From a virus (taxonomy: Duplodnaviria > Caudoviricetes): DNA of 32,452 nt. The DNA lies in the IMG/VR virus record IMGVR_UViG_3300037991_002329, positions 1-32,452 of that record, one strand, 5' to 3'. A program made the translations under genes and the position numbers. The notes beneath the pieces are model-generated. The model saw nothing but the letters and a program-made list of their open reading frames with translations. It was not told where the DNA came from and did not search any database. This document shows, one piece after another, positions 1 through 10,677 of the stretch (positions are counted from its first letter, which is position 1; each line of letters begins with the position of its first letter).

Positions 1-181
1 GGTAAGCTAATAGCTGCGAAGAAAGCACTAGACGCTAAGAACGTTCCGTTTGATGACAGACACATTGTGATTCACGCTAACTCACTATCTGGGCTACTAG
101 GTGATGAGAGAGCAATCTCAAGTGACTTTGCATCAATCAAAGCTCTTGTTTCTGGAGAAATCAATACATTCCTAGGTTTCA
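1..181. repeat. Terminal direct repeat (circular assembly overlap) of 32272-32452
   Basis: 179/181 identical to the last 181 nt; mismatches at 93 (G vs T) and 159 (A vs G). Confidence 0.97.
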
Positions 182-414
182 ATTTCCATGTACTTGGAGA
201 TAGAGACGAAGGTGGTCTAGCTATTGATGGCTCAAGCGACAGGAAAGTATTCGCCTATCATCGTTCTGCAATCGGTATGGCAGTCAACATGAACCAAAAA
301 ACAGAAATCAACTATGTACCAGAAAAGACATCTTTCTTGGTCAACAGTATGTTCTCTGCTGGTTCTGTGTCTATCGATGGCGATGGTATCGTAGAAATCA
401 CTTGTAGAGAATAG
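1..414 (+). CDS. Major capsid protein, C-terminal part (gene starts at 31834 and crosses the junction; 283 aa total)
   Basis: In frame with the ORF from ATG 31834 through the overlap; motifs VPFDDRHIVI, GEINTFLGFNF, AIGMA; follows the scaffold gene. Confidence 0.93.
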   Translation, partial: GKLIAAKKALDAKNVPFDDRHIVIHANSLSGLLGDERAISSDFASIKALVSGEINTFLGFNFHVLGDRDEGGLAIDGSSDRKVFAYHRSAIGMAVNMNQKTEINYVPEKTSFLVNSMFSAGSVSIDGDGIVEITCRE

Positions 415-424
415 GAGGAATATT

Positions 425-706
425 ATGGCTTTTGATTCAACAGGACTACAACCAATCGGTGGTCAAGCTAAAGCTGGCAATGCTCCTCAAATGTGGAGCT
501 ACACATCTACAGATGCCAAGACAGCTATAGATGCCTCTGGTTACTTCAATGATGCATCAGGCGTATTGAAGGTCGGAGACCTAATCTATATCCATGGCGA
601 TACAGGTGGGACAGCAACATTCTCGTTGCACCCAGTTGTAAGCAACGCATCTGGTGTAGTAGACATTGGGGATGGCACAGCTATCTCAGCTACTGACTCA
701 GACTAA
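425..706 (+). CDS. Small virion protein, probable capsid decoration/cement protein
   Basis: AGGAGG RBS; directly follows the capsid gene; G/S/T/D-rich beta-type 93 aa sequence. Confidence 0.6.
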   Translation: MAFDSTGLQPIGGQAKAGNAPQMWSYTSTDAKTAIDASGYFNDASGVLKVGDLIYIHGDTGGTATFSLHPVVSNASGVVDIGDGTAISATDSD

Positions 707-712
707 GACTAT

Positions 713-734
713 GGGGAGGTGTAACAGCCTCCCC
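713..734 (+). terminator. GC-rich hairpin after the capsid/decoration genes (partial terminator or mRNA stabiliser)
   Basis: GGGGAGGT-gtaaca-GCCTCCCC; no U-tract follows. Confidence 0.55.
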
Positions 735-752
735 TAACTACAAGGACTGACT

Positions 753-1385
753 ATGGCAAGTGGTGATACAAACATAACTATCTGCAACCAAGCACTCAAT
801 CTTCTAGGTGCAGACACAATATCTTCTTTTACAGACACAACAAATGATGCAGCAACTGTGTGCAACAACATCTATGAAACTGTGAAGAGGCAAACATTAT
901 CTCTATACCCTTGGTCATTCGCACTAACAAAACTACAACTATCACGATCTTCAACAACACCAATCAATGAGTGGTCTTATCAATATGATATGCCCTCAAC
1001 CTCAATAAGTGGGACACCTTTACAGGTATACAACTCAAGTGCAACAAGAGTGCTGCCAGTAAATGACTATGAAATACTTTACACGGCAAGTGGTCCAACT
1101 ATAGCTACACATGAAACTAGCGTATACATTGATTATGTTACATCAGCAATAACAGAAGGTGTTATGCCCTCATACTTTGTACAACTTCTTGTATATATGA
1201 TGGCGTGGCATTTAGCTGAACCTGTTACTGACCAAACAACTAAATCAGATTACTGGAGGACCATAGCTCTAGGTGGAGTGGGAGAAAATGGCAGAGGTGG
1301 ATATCTAAGGCAAGCAATGAACATAGATGGTCGTGGTAGACCAAGCTATGCAATAGTAGATTTCCCACTAACAGATGTGAGGTAA
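753..1385 (+). CDS. Tail adaptor / tail tubular protein A (T7 gp11-like)
   Basis: ICNQALNLLGA...YPWSFA N-terminal signature; synteny. Confidence 0.88.
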   Translation: MASGDTNITICNQALNLLGADTISSFTDTTNDAATVCNNIYETVKRQTLSLYPWSFALTKLQLSRSSTTPINEWSYQYDMPSTSISGTPLQVYNSSATRVLPVNDYEILYTASGPTIATHETSVYIDYVTSAITEGVMPSYFVQLLVYMMAWHLAEPVTDQTTKSDYWRTIALGGVGENGRGGYLRQAMNIDGRGRPSYAIVDFPLTDVR

Positions 1386-1389
1386 TGGC

Positions 1390-3696
1390 ATGACTAGGGC
1401 TGTTACTATCCAAACTAACTTTACAACAGGCGAGATTGATCCGTTGTTAGCTTCAAGGATTGATATAGGTCAATATTACAATGGTCTAGACAAAGCTAGA
1501 AATGTCACGATCCAACCACAAGGTGGGGTGGAAAGAAGGCAAGGGTTACAATTCATCAAACAAATAGATAGTGGTGGTTCACCAGAGAATGGTACAAGGC
1601 TGATACCTTTTGAGTTTTCCACTACGCAAAGTTATATGCTTTTATTTGTAAACAACAGAATGTATGTATACAAAGACAAGGCTCTGGTCACAAATATTAA
1701 TGGTAGTGGCAACGATTATCTAACGACAGCAATTGGATCTGCACAATTATCCACACTAGATTTTGCACAGTCTTTTGATACATTAGTTCTTGTTCATGAG
1801 GACTTGACTCCTTTCAAGCTAGTGAGAGGTGGCAACGACAGCACTTGGACTATATCAGCAATAAGTTTTGAACACGTTCCTTTTCATGCTTTTACAACAT
1901 CAACTACAGAGCCATCCACAACTGTTACCCCATCGGCAGTAGATGGTAGTATTACTATTACAGCAGGTTCATCTATCTTTGATGCTAATAGTGTCAACCA
2001 ATACATAGAGGTAAAGGATGGTCTAGGCAGGGCAAGGATTGTAAAACTAAACTCTGGCACAGTTGTTGAGGCTATAGTAGAGATACCATTCTTTGATACC
2101 AACGCCATAGCTAGTGGTGATTATGTAGTTGAGTCTGGTTATGAAGTTACTTGGTCTGGCACTAGGGGCTACCCAAGGACAGCTACATTCCATGAGGGTA
2201 GATTGTATCTAGGTGGTACTAAGTCAAGACCAAACACATTGTTTGGTTCAAGGGTGGCTAGGTTCTTTGACTTCAATCCAGGCGAAGGACTAGATGATGA
2301 CTCAATCGAAGCAACCTTAGATACGGACTCTGTCAATGCTATCATAGGACTGTTTAGTGGTAGAGACTTACAGATCTTTACTAAGGGTGGTGAGTTCTTT
2401 GTACCTCAGTCATCTCTTGACCCTATTACACCTAGCAACATTGTAATCAATGGTTCGACAAGAAGGGGTGCTAAAGAAGGCATCAAGCCTGTAGGTGTAG
2501 AAAGTGGTACATTGTTTATACAAAGAAGTGGCAAAGCTGTCAGAGAGTTTTCTTTTAGTGATACTGAGCTTTCTTATGTGTCAGCTAACGTATCATTACT
2601 ATCTTCACATTTACTAAATACACCATTAGACATGGCTTTGAGAAAAGCCACTTCCACAACTGAAGGCGATATGCTTATGATAGTCAATACTGATGGAACT
2701 CTAGTCATGTACTCTATTCTAAGAGATCAAAATATTACAGCACCATCACTAGCAAGCACAGGTCCAGATGTTGCAACCATAACAGTATCAGACTATGCAA
2801 ACATAGCTGTAGGTACAGAGCTTACATTTACAGATAACAATGGCACAGTCATTACGTTACAGTCAGAGGCAGTAGGTAGTTCAGATCCATCATCTGCATC
2901 TGGCAACACACACTTCTTTAGACCAAACTCATCTAACAATACAACAGCAGATAACCTCTTTACTGCCTTTGGTAACATCAGTCAGTTTGTAGTGAAGAAC
3001 CCAGCAGCAGCAGTCGTAACAGTCAAGCGTGTGGTTCCAGGAGACGACAACTTAACAGTAACCACAACTGACAGCACAAGACTAACTGTTACAAACTTTG
3101 CCAAAACAGATAAGTTTTTGAATGTAGCTGTAGATGTAGAGACTGTTTACTGTGTGGTCAAGCGTTCTATCAATGGTTCAGATGTTTACTATGTAGAGGC
3201 TTTCAATGATGATAACACAACAGATAGCGCCATACTTTTTACAGGTGGAACATTACCAGGTAGCACATCTCTAAGTGGCTTGTCGCACCTTGAGGGAGAA
3301 ACAGTCAAGGTCATAGTTGATGATGCAATGCAAGCAAACAAAGTGGTATCTTCTGGTGCTATAACATTAGATGCAGTACCAACATCTTATGTGGAGGTAG
3401 GATTGGATTATACACCGAAAGTAAAGACTTTGCCTGTAGAATTAAAACTTCCAAGTGGTAACATTGTAGCGCAGAAAAAAAGGATTGTAGAGACTACGGC
3501 AAATCTGTATCTTTCACAAAATCTAACAGTCAATGGTAATGATCTAGCTTTTACAGCTGCAACATTTTTTACTGGTAAGAAAAGAAGAAAGCCAATGCTA
3601 GGGTATGATCGCAATGGACAGATTACATTTTCACAATCCCAGCCATTATTTTTTAATTTATTAGGTATTGAGTATAAGGTAAGTGTAGGTCAATAA
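1390..3696 (+). CDS. Tail nozzle / tail tubular protein B (T7 gp12-like)
   Basis: QTNFTTGEIDP, QGGVERRQG, GYPRTATFHEGRLYLGG and GLSHLEGETV motifs; synteny. Confidence 0.9.
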   Translation: MTRAVTIQTNFTTGEIDPLLASRIDIGQYYNGLDKARNVTIQPQGGVERRQGLQFIKQIDSGGSPENGTRLIPFEFSTTQSYMLLFVNNRMYVYKDKALVTNINGSGNDYLTTAIGSAQLSTLDFAQSFDTLVLVHEDLTPFKLVRGGNDSTWTISAISFEHVPFHAFTTSTTEPSTTVTPSAVDGSITITAGSSIFDANSVNQYIEVKDGLGRARIVKLNSGTVVEAIVEIPFFDTNAIASGDYVVESGYEVTWSGTRGYPRTATFHEGRLYLGGTKSRPNTLFGSRVARFFDFNPGEGLDDDSIEATLDTDSVNAIIGLFSGRDLQIFTKGGEFFVPQSSLDPITPSNIVINGSTRRGAKEGIKPVGVESGTLFIQRSGKAVREFSFSDTELSYVSANVSLLSSHLLNTPLDMALRKATSTTEGDMLMIVNTDGTLVMYSILRDQNITAPSLASTGPDVATITVSDYANIAVGTELTFTDNNGTVITLQSEAVGSSDPSSASGNTHFFRPNSSNNTTADNLFTAFGNISQFVVKNPAAAVVTVKRVVPGDDNLTVTTTDSTRLTVTNFAKTDKFLNVAVDVETVYCVVKRSINGSDVYYVEAFNDDNTTDSAILFTGGTLPGSTSLSGLSHLEGETVKVIVDDAMQANKVVSSGAITLDAVPTSYVEVGLDYTPKVKTLPVELKLPSGNIVAQKKRIVETTANLYLSQNLTVNGNDLAFTAATFFTGKKRRKPMLGYDRNGQITFSQSQPLFFNLLGIEYKVSVGQ

Positions 3697-4193
3697 TGAG
3701 TTTATTTTTTACAGCATTATCAGTAGCATCATCAGTTACACAGGCTTTTGCAGCAAGACAACAAGCAGCTGCTATGAAGGCGTACTATGATTCACAAGCT
3801 GATATATCACGATTACAGTATGAGAGCAAAAGAGTAGAGGCAAGAGAGCAGGGTGTGCAAGTTCTGAAGGCTGTCAATCAAGCTATGGGTAGTGCTTTAG
3901 CTCAGGCAGCAGCAGGGGGAATATTAGCTACAGAGGGATCTGCGTTACTTGGTCAAACAAACTCTTTCAAAGAAGGCATTAGAGATTTTAGAATGGCAAA
4001 CTTAAATCAAGAACTACTACAAAACATGAGCGAACTTGAGTATAATAATCTTAGACAAGCTGGTATAATAAAAGCAGAGATGGGAACGATAGATGCTCTT
4101 GCAGGTCTAGGAACAGATCTAGTTGATATTGAAAAGGCAGGTTTGTTTGAGCCAGCAAAAAATTTATTTACTAGGAAGAAGGCTGAAGAATAG
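3696..4193 (+). CDS. Internal virion/ejection protein (gp14-like position)
   Basis: Ala/Gln-rich helical 165 aa protein after the nozzle; TAATG coupling. Confidence 0.65.
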   Translation: MSLFFTALSVASSVTQAFAARQQAAAMKAYYDSQADISRLQYESKRVEAREQGVQVLKAVNQAMGSALAQAAAGGILATEGSALLGQTNSFKEGIRDFRMANLNQELLQNMSELEYNNLRQAGIIKAEMGTIDALAGLGTDLVDIEKAGLFEPAKNLFTRKKAEE

Positions 4194-4195
4194 TA

Positions 4196-6373
4196 ATGGC
4201 AAAACGTAGAGATATTTATGGAGGAAGTCAAGTTCGTGCAGTAAATGTTCCAGGAATTGATGCTATACAATTCAAAGAACAAGCTGGTGCTTTTGATACA
4301 TTGCAAAAAAGGATTGATGTAGTCAAGCAATTCGCCATGGATCGTGGTCAAGAACGTGTTGAGGTAGCTGCTGAAGAGTATGCGAGGTCAAGCTCAAATC
4401 CAATGACTATTGATGCGTTCATAAGTCCAGGAGTCTCACAGCAAGAGAAAGAAGAATTGATGGGTAATCAATTTGGCAATGCTTATCAAAAGAAGATATA
4501 TGATACAAACCAAGAGATACTCAAACAGGAGTATGAAAATTTAGGTAAAGTCTTACTACAAACAACTTATGATGAAAACCTTGATACAGACGGAGGGCTA
4601 GATGATTTCTATAAACAATCTAGTGGTCAGATAGATGCAATGCTAGAGGGCTTAGAATCTGTATCACCAATACTGTCAAGCAATATAAAGAGTGGATTGT
4701 ACGCAGAGTTGTATGAGAAGTACCTTGAGTATGGGACTGAGTATAACAAAAAGATAAAAGAAAGAAATGGTGATGCACTAGTAACTAGGGTCAACACCAT
4801 TACACCTAGCTTTGGTAGACTTTTAGCTGGGGATGTAACAAGTTTGTCAGGATTAAAGATTGTAGTAGAAAACGATATTAGGAATGAGGCTACAAATACC
4901 GATCTAACAAGACCAGAGGTAGATGCCTTGGTTGAGGCATCACTTGCAAACATTGACGAAAAGTTAAAAAAATATGCAATAGATGTTGCAGAAATAGCCG
5001 ACAAGGGTGGTGACGTAAATGCTTTGGCTATAGCATTTCAGACTGGTGATTTTAGTGAGTTTGCCGACCCCAATGATCCATACGCTAATGATAACATGAC
5101 GTTTCATATGATGAATACTCTGTATGATGTGCTGAATGAAGAAGAGAGGTTGTCTTTAGAACAATCAGTAAACGATCACATGAACCAGCTAGAAGAGACT
5201 AGAGAGCAACTTGCAAATGCAGAAACAGATAGCGTCAATAGACTAACGAAGAAACTTGAAAAAGTGTTACACCCACACAATTTTCCTAAATATTTTAAAG
5301 GCGATGATGGTGGGGAACTTACAAGAAATCAAATTATTACAGGCACAGGCACAGTAACCATAAACAATCGTGAATATAGCTATAGCGAAGCAAAGCAATT
5401 TTTCTATGATATTGACCCAGCAAGCGCAGAAGATTATTTTAAAAGCAAAGGTGTTACAACCTTTACAACACCTGGTGCTGACGATTGGTTAAAGTCTAGG
5501 GTAGATATAGCTACTGCAAGTGCTTATGTACCAGATAGTATAGCACATGAACTTTTTACAAGACTTAAATCAAATGGGGGTGTTCTGAACAAGCAGGATT
5601 GGGATGAAATAACAGGGGGAAAACTTGGAGATTGGGATGAAAATTATGGTGGTGATAGTATGTTCTTTGGTATCCCTGCCCAGGGCGATATAGCAGAACA
5701 CATCGACAATGTTCAAAGTGAAGCCTACCAAAACATATCAAAGTTGGTTGCCTTAAAATTATCTGACCCAGACATATTAGCTTTTGTGAATGATAATGCG
5801 CCAAGGACACTTGATACTGATCTATTGAATATGGATATAGGGAATGTGCAACAATATCAAGAGTTGCTAGACACACAAAAAGGAGAGTTTTTTGTGACTG
5901 TCATGACCAATATTGAACAGAGGCTCATTGAAGCAGAGAGCGATAAAAAAATTATAGATCTAGATAATCTTATGCAGTCAATAGTTCCATCAATATTCCA
6001 AGATCAATTCAACACAAAAAGAGTAGATTTTAACAGAAGGATAACAGATCTATTTCCAAAAACAAATAAGTCCACCGAGTTACGAGACGGACAGAGGTAT
6101 TTTATTTTCCATGAGGCTAATGGTTTAGCACGAGCAGAAATAAAATATGACATCTTTGATAAAGATCCACAAGTAGCTTTGGAAAGCGTAGATAATATTT
6201 TGGCAGTTTTTGCGCAAGCAGATTTTAAGCTAGTGGAACCAAATAATTTAAAAGACAATGTAATGGTAAGCTCACCGAAACAATTGCAACAAGAACTGAT
6301 AAACTACCAAGAGCTTTTGAGGTTAGAGATTGATACTATGGCACAGGTAAACACAGGGGCAATAGATGGTTGA
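4196..6373 (+). CDS. Internal virion/ejection protein (gp15-like position)
   Basis: 725 aa helical protein; synteny only. Confidence 0.55.
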   Translation: MAKRRDIYGGSQVRAVNVPGIDAIQFKEQAGAFDTLQKRIDVVKQFAMDRGQERVEVAAEEYARSSSNPMTIDAFISPGVSQQEKEELMGNQFGNAYQKKIYDTNQEILKQEYENLGKVLLQTTYDENLDTDGGLDDFYKQSSGQIDAMLEGLESVSPILSSNIKSGLYAELYEKYLEYGTEYNKKIKERNGDALVTRVNTITPSFGRLLAGDVTSLSGLKIVVENDIRNEATNTDLTRPEVDALVEASLANIDEKLKKYAIDVAEIADKGGDVNALAIAFQTGDFSEFADPNDPYANDNMTFHMMNTLYDVLNEEERLSLEQSVNDHMNQLEETREQLANAETDSVNRLTKKLEKVLHPHNFPKYFKGDDGGELTRNQIITGTGTVTINNREYSYSEAKQFFYDIDPASAEDYFKSKGVTTFTTPGADDWLKSRVDIATASAYVPDSIAHELFTRLKSNGGVLNKQDWDEITGGKLGDWDENYGGDSMFFGIPAQGDIAEHIDNVQSEAYQNISKLVALKLSDPDILAFVNDNAPRTLDTDLLNMDIGNVQQYQELLDTQKGEFFVTVMTNIEQRLIEAESDKKIIDLDNLMQSIVPSIFQDQFNTKRVDFNRRITDLFPKTNKSTELRDGQRYFIFHEANGLARAEIKYDIFDKDPQVALESVDNILAVFAQADFKLVEPNNLKDNVMVSSPKQLQQELINYQELLRLEIDTMAQVNTGAIDG

Positions 6374-7334
6374 TATAAAGAAAAAAATTAGAGAATATAT
6401 AGAAGAAAGCAATACAATAGGTGAGGAGCCTTTTGGGTTTGCACCAAATCAAATTTCTGAGTTGTTAGAAAACGAAGTTATTATGGATAGCGTACCAAGT
6501 GAGGAAAAAGTATTTTCTGTTGATACATACGGAAGATCAAAAACCACCATCAAGGAGAGCATGAGTAATGTCTTTGCTCAATATGGTGAGTCTATGGCAG
6601 ACTTCTCTGCTGGACTCTCTACAGGTGGTGATTTAGGTAAAAGGATTTCAAAGGGAACTGGCAAAGGGCTAGTTATAGGTTTTGCAAATGTTGGAGATGG
6701 CATACTTGCACCACTCAATGAAGCAACAGGTGGATCTTTGACATTACTTGATCAATACATAGATAGCAAACCAATACAAACATATATGCGTAAAATTTTA
6801 CCAGAAGAAGATCTTGGCACAGCAGGCACAATAGCCTCAGACTTTGCTGCTTACTTACCTGGATACATCCCAGGATTTAGATTAGCAGGAGTATACACAA
6901 AAAGTATTTTCTTAAAATCTTTAGCAGCATCAGTTTTGGCACCTTGGTTCTATGGCGAAAGCGAGAACCCTAATATAGCTACTGTTGTCAATATGCTGAC
7001 AGGTGCAAGTGAGGAACAGAATAAGACAATCGTAGAAGCTATTGTTGATTGGGCTGATAGTGGACAGGAGGCAGACACATTTGATGCTAAGATCAAAACT
7101 GTAGTATCAGATGCCCCTTTTGAAGCATCTTTTGTGGTGTTACTGAAGGGTCTAGCTCAAACATACAAATATTTTAAATCAAATCCAGCCATAGCAAAGC
7201 AAGTTGCAACAGCCTACAACATGATGGATGGAGATGTTATGGTTGAGGATGCGTTCGGAAACAAGTATGATAGTGATGGGAAGCTAATATCCCTAGGCAC
7301 AGATCCTGAAACCAACCAAGGAGGATCAGATTAA
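6366..7334 (+). CDS. Probable ejection protein with hydrophobic/Gly-rich helices
   Basis: 322 aa; candidate membrane-spanning segments; synteny. Confidence 0.5.
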   Translation: MVDIKKKIREYIEESNTIGEEPFGFAPNQISELLENEVIMDSVPSEEKVFSVDTYGRSKTTIKESMSNVFAQYGESMADFSAGLSTGGDLGKRISKGTGKGLVIGFANVGDGILAPLNEATGGSLTLLDQYIDSKPIQTYMRKILPEEDLGTAGTIASDFAAYLPGYIPGFRLAGVYTKSIFLKSLAASVLAPWFYGESENPNIATVVNMLTGASEEQNKTIVEAIVDWADSGQEADTFDAKIKTVVSDAPFEASFVVLLKGLAQTYKYFKSNPAIAKQVATAYNMMDGDVMVEDAFGNKYDSDGKLISLGTDPETNQGGSD

Positions 7335-10300
7335 TGGTAGGTCCGATAATAAAAACAGGTATTACATCTGTTGGAAAAAGAATAGGTAAAGAGGTAATAG
7401 AAGAGGCTGTAGAAAGCACAGTAAAAGGTTCTAAGGTTGTTGGAGACAAAAGAACTAAGGATATAAAAGATCTTGAACAACAAAAAAAGGCTGATCCAGT
7501 AGAAACAGAGCCAGTTGTTACAATAGAAGAAGAAGCTGCAATACTGGATAACAACACCCCACCAGAACCCCCAGGTGGAGGTGGTACGCCACCCCCTGGT
7601 GGCAGCTCAGGTGATCCTGACTTACCTGGGTCGCAAGAAATATTATTTGGAAAAGATGGCATTGTTAAAGATGTCAAAGAGAATACACCAGATCGGTTCC
7701 TGTACACATACAAAAACATACAAAGAGTTGTTGAAGAACTTGATGATGCTGAGTTTGAGGAAATTCTTAAATTAAAACCTGTACAACTTGAGGATCTAAA
7801 GAAAGTATTAAAAGAAGCTGAGTTTGATTTGCCACCTGGTTTCGGAGAAGAAAGTTTTGATAGAATTAGCAATGTAGTTGTTAGTTCGAAAAAGCTAGAT
7901 GTAAAATCAATAAAAACTGTCAACGAAGTCAATGACTATGTTGATTATATGCTCAAACGTATTACTAAAGCATTTGAGAGAGAAGGTGTTGATCTTGGCA
8001 AAACAAAATACAGTATGGCTGAAATGGTTGAGCAAGCTAATGAAATCCCACAAGCAGAGGCTGTTAGAGCAGCATTAGCAAAACCAGGTGGTGTCTCATT
8101 TATAAACTCAGCAGATATGATAAAGATGTCTGTTATAGAAAATGAGCTATATAAAAACACTTTGGTTGCTGCAAAACGCCTTACTAATCTAGGCAAAAAA
8201 ATAAAAGGCAAAAACACAAAAGAAATACAACAACAATTAGACGAAGCTACTTTACAATACGAGTCAGCAGTCAAAATATTTGCTTATGTAGAAAATAGAA
8301 ATACTAGGTCAGCTAGTGAGCTTGGTAGGATGTTATATCTCCGTGGTAAAGTGACAGAAGTTTTAAAACAACCAAACAAAAACTCTAATATAATGAACTC
8401 TGTTAGAAAAGAATTGAATAATTCAAACGCTATCGCTCATGCAGATTTTTTACTCAAAGCATCAGCCGACCAAAAGAGTGGCAAAGTCTTTATTAGCAGA
8501 ACATACGATAAGCTGATGAATGGAAAGTTTGGTCTAAGACAAATGTCAGGAGCTTGGGTGCAAAGTTTATTGGGTAGCGTTCATATGCACATTGCCAACT
8601 TCGTAGAAAACTTTGCTAACTCAAATCTATTGTTCATGCTTGAAATGATTCCTGGTGCGCTTATAGGAAACGCAAGGAACTTAGCGATAAAGGCATTTCA
8701 GGTCCACCCTTGGACAAGAAACATTTTTAAAACAAAAACGGATTATGCACAGTTTAGAGATATTATCACCACGTTCCACGCAGAGGCGCACTCACTAGGC
8801 AATGCCATAAAAAATTCAAGAAAGTCTTTTGTAAAGAACAGACCAATAGACCCTTTGACAAAACTATACCAAAGTGAAAGGGAGTTGTTTGTGCCTACTA
8901 CTGACCCTGATAGATTAGCTAAGCAGTCGAAAGGAGTGCGTTTATACAATAAAATGTTGCATACATTAGTAAATATGCCAGGCAGAGCAATGACATCAGC
9001 TGATGAGTTCTTTGCAACAAAACTTTTTAACAGAGAGGCATTGATACAAATTGGTAGAGAGATTGATGACATAATCTTAAAAACTGGCGATGTTGAAAAA
9101 GCAAAAGTACACGCAAGAAACAGGATAGAGGAGTTTGATACAGCTTTTGCTGATGATATACTAAGAGACACTAGGAAAGCATTATACAAAGATGAGGGAA
9201 AACTTAGTGATCCAAGCGTCATTGAGAAAGGCATTGATAATTTTGTAAGAGCCATGAACAATCCTATTGTAAAAACACAAATACCATTTGGTAAAGTTTA
9301 CATTAATATTATGGCGCAGGTAATGAAGAGAACTCCTGCTGCTTTCGCAACCCCAGGCTTTTATAGAGACCTAGCGAGAGGGGGTAGGCACACAGACATG
9401 GCAATTGGTAGGCTAATGTTTGGCACAACAATTCTATCGATGGGGGCTTACGCTGCTAATGGACAGTTCCGTGAGGATAATAATATGATTATCGTAGGAC
9501 ACATACCTAAGTTTAGAAGGACTACTAAGGATTCAAAAATAAAATATTCATTACAAAGAAACTATGAGAATATGGGTCTTGACAAAGAAAAAACTATATA
9601 CATAAAAAAAGAAGGTGAAGAAACTTTCCGTGATGCAAAAAGAATACCACTACGTTCACTAGGTATACTCGGTGAACTGTTATCAATGGGTGCAGACTAC
9701 TCGATGTGTGTTAACTACAGCGATGACTTGGGTGCTTTAACAAAATATGTGTTTTGTGCTGCCAATGCGCTCTACAATGAATTAGGTAGTTTACCATATA
9801 TTGATGCTGGAAATTCTATTCTTGATCTGGCTTACGTTCGTGATTCAAATGAGATTACTGATAAATTAGGTGAGTTTGTTGTAGAAAAGGTAGAGAGACC
9901 AATAGGAAATAGCTTACTACAAGTTGGCACAGGTGGTATTGTTAATGTAGGTTTTTGGAATAGTATTGATCGTATGTGGGTAAAAGAGGGTGAAGAGGTA
10001 GCACCAAGAGACTATACAGTTAATGACTATGACGTGGTTCCAGTTGTAGGAGAAAGCACAGATGAGGCATTGCAAAAAGCGTTACGTCATGTATTGAATA
10101 CATTTGAAGCAACACCTTTCGTGGATGAGCAAACAAGAAGAAGAGACAGATTTGGCAGAACTCTAGACCACGACAGACATTTGTTGGAGTTTAGGATAAG
10201 CAAGGAAGAAAAGCCAAGCTACAACTATTCGAACTACGCAGATGTTACTCCAGAGAACGATCCAGTAACGAGACAACTGTTTGATGACAATATAGCAACA

Positions 10301-10675
10301 TATGTAGATGCGCCACTTAGAGTTAAAAATGTTAAGTTAACAAAATATGAAAGACAGATCTATCACTATAGGTTTACAACAGAGCCTTTGGAGGTTGTTT
10401 ATAAAAATGGTACGCCTATCTTCCCAGGGAAAGGTCCAATGACTTGGTACGATACCTTAAATGAATTGTTTACTGGCGATAGTGAGTTCTCACAATTATA
10501 TAGAGACACAAGGGTTATGTCTCTAAAGGAAGAGTTTAATGCACCAGTATCAGCAACAAGAAATAAAATTGTAGCAGTTTTAGAACAACAATTTACACAG
10601 AGCGTAGAAAAATATTTATTAGACCCAAACAACGGAAACCTTTACTATAGAATACAATATAAAAGAGGTAAATAA
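7334..10675 (+). CDS. Large internal virion/ejection protein (gp16-like position)
   Basis: 1113 aa helical protein before the tail fibre; PGRAMTSADEFF and IPFGKVYINI motifs typical of podophage large ejection proteins. Confidence 0.65.
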   Translation: MVGPIIKTGITSVGKRIGKEVIEEAVESTVKGSKVVGDKRTKDIKDLEQQKKADPVETEPVVTIEEEAAILDNNTPPEPPGGGGTPPPGGSSGDPDLPGSQEILFGKDGIVKDVKENTPDRFLYTYKNIQRVVEELDDAEFEEILKLKPVQLEDLKKVLKEAEFDLPPGFGEESFDRISNVVVSSKKLDVKSIKTVNEVNDYVDYMLKRITKAFEREGVDLGKTKYSMAEMVEQANEIPQAEAVRAALAKPGGVSFINSADMIKMSVIENELYKNTLVAAKRLTNLGKKIKGKNTKEIQQQLDEATLQYESAVKIFAYVENRNTRSASELGRMLYLRGKVTEVLKQPNKNSNIMNSVRKELNNSNAIAHADFLLKASADQKSGKVFISRTYDKLMNGKFGLRQMSGAWVQSLLGSVHMHIANFVENFANSNLLFMLEMIPGALIGNARNLAIKAFQVHPWTRNIFKTKTDYAQFRDIITTFHAEAHSLGNAIKNSRKSFVKNRPIDPLTKLYQSERELFVPTTDPDRLAKQSKGVRLYNKMLHTLVNMPGRAMTSADEFFATKLFNREALIQIGREIDDIILKTGDVEKAKVHARNRIEEFDTAFADDILRDTRKALYKDEGKLSDPSVIEKGIDNFVRAMNNPIVKTQIPFGKVYINIMAQVMKRTPAAFATPGFYRDLARGGRHTDMAIGRLMFGTTILSMGAYAANGQFREDNNMIIVGHIPKFRRTTKDSKIKYSLQRNYENMGLDKEKTIYIKKEGEETFRDAKRIPLRSLGILGELLSMGADYSMCVNYSDDLGALTKYVFCAANALYNELGSLPYIDAGNSILDLAYVRDSNEITDKLGEFVVEKVERPIGNSLLQVGTGGIVNVGFWNSIDRMWVKEGEEVAPRDYTVNDYDVVPVVGESTDEALQKALRHVLNTFEATPFVDEQTRRRDRFGRTLDHDRHLLEFRISKEEKPSYNYSNYADVTPENDPVTRQLFDDNIATYVDAPLRVKNVKLTKYERQIYHYRFTTEPLEVVYKNGTPIFPGKGPMTWYDTLNELFTGDSEFSQLYRDTRVMSLKEEFNAPVSATRNKIVAVLEQQFTQSVEKYLLDPNNGNLYYRIQYKRGK

Positions 10676-10677
10676 AC

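Noticed and set aside
67-414. Stand-alone 115-aa ORF
   Set aside because: It is the 3' end of the capsid gene cut by the window boundary.
7571-7599. Hairpin GGTGG-TACG-CCACC with flanking CCAGG/CCTGG
   Set aside because: It is explained by complementary Gly/Pro codons in a PPGGGGTPPPGG linker.
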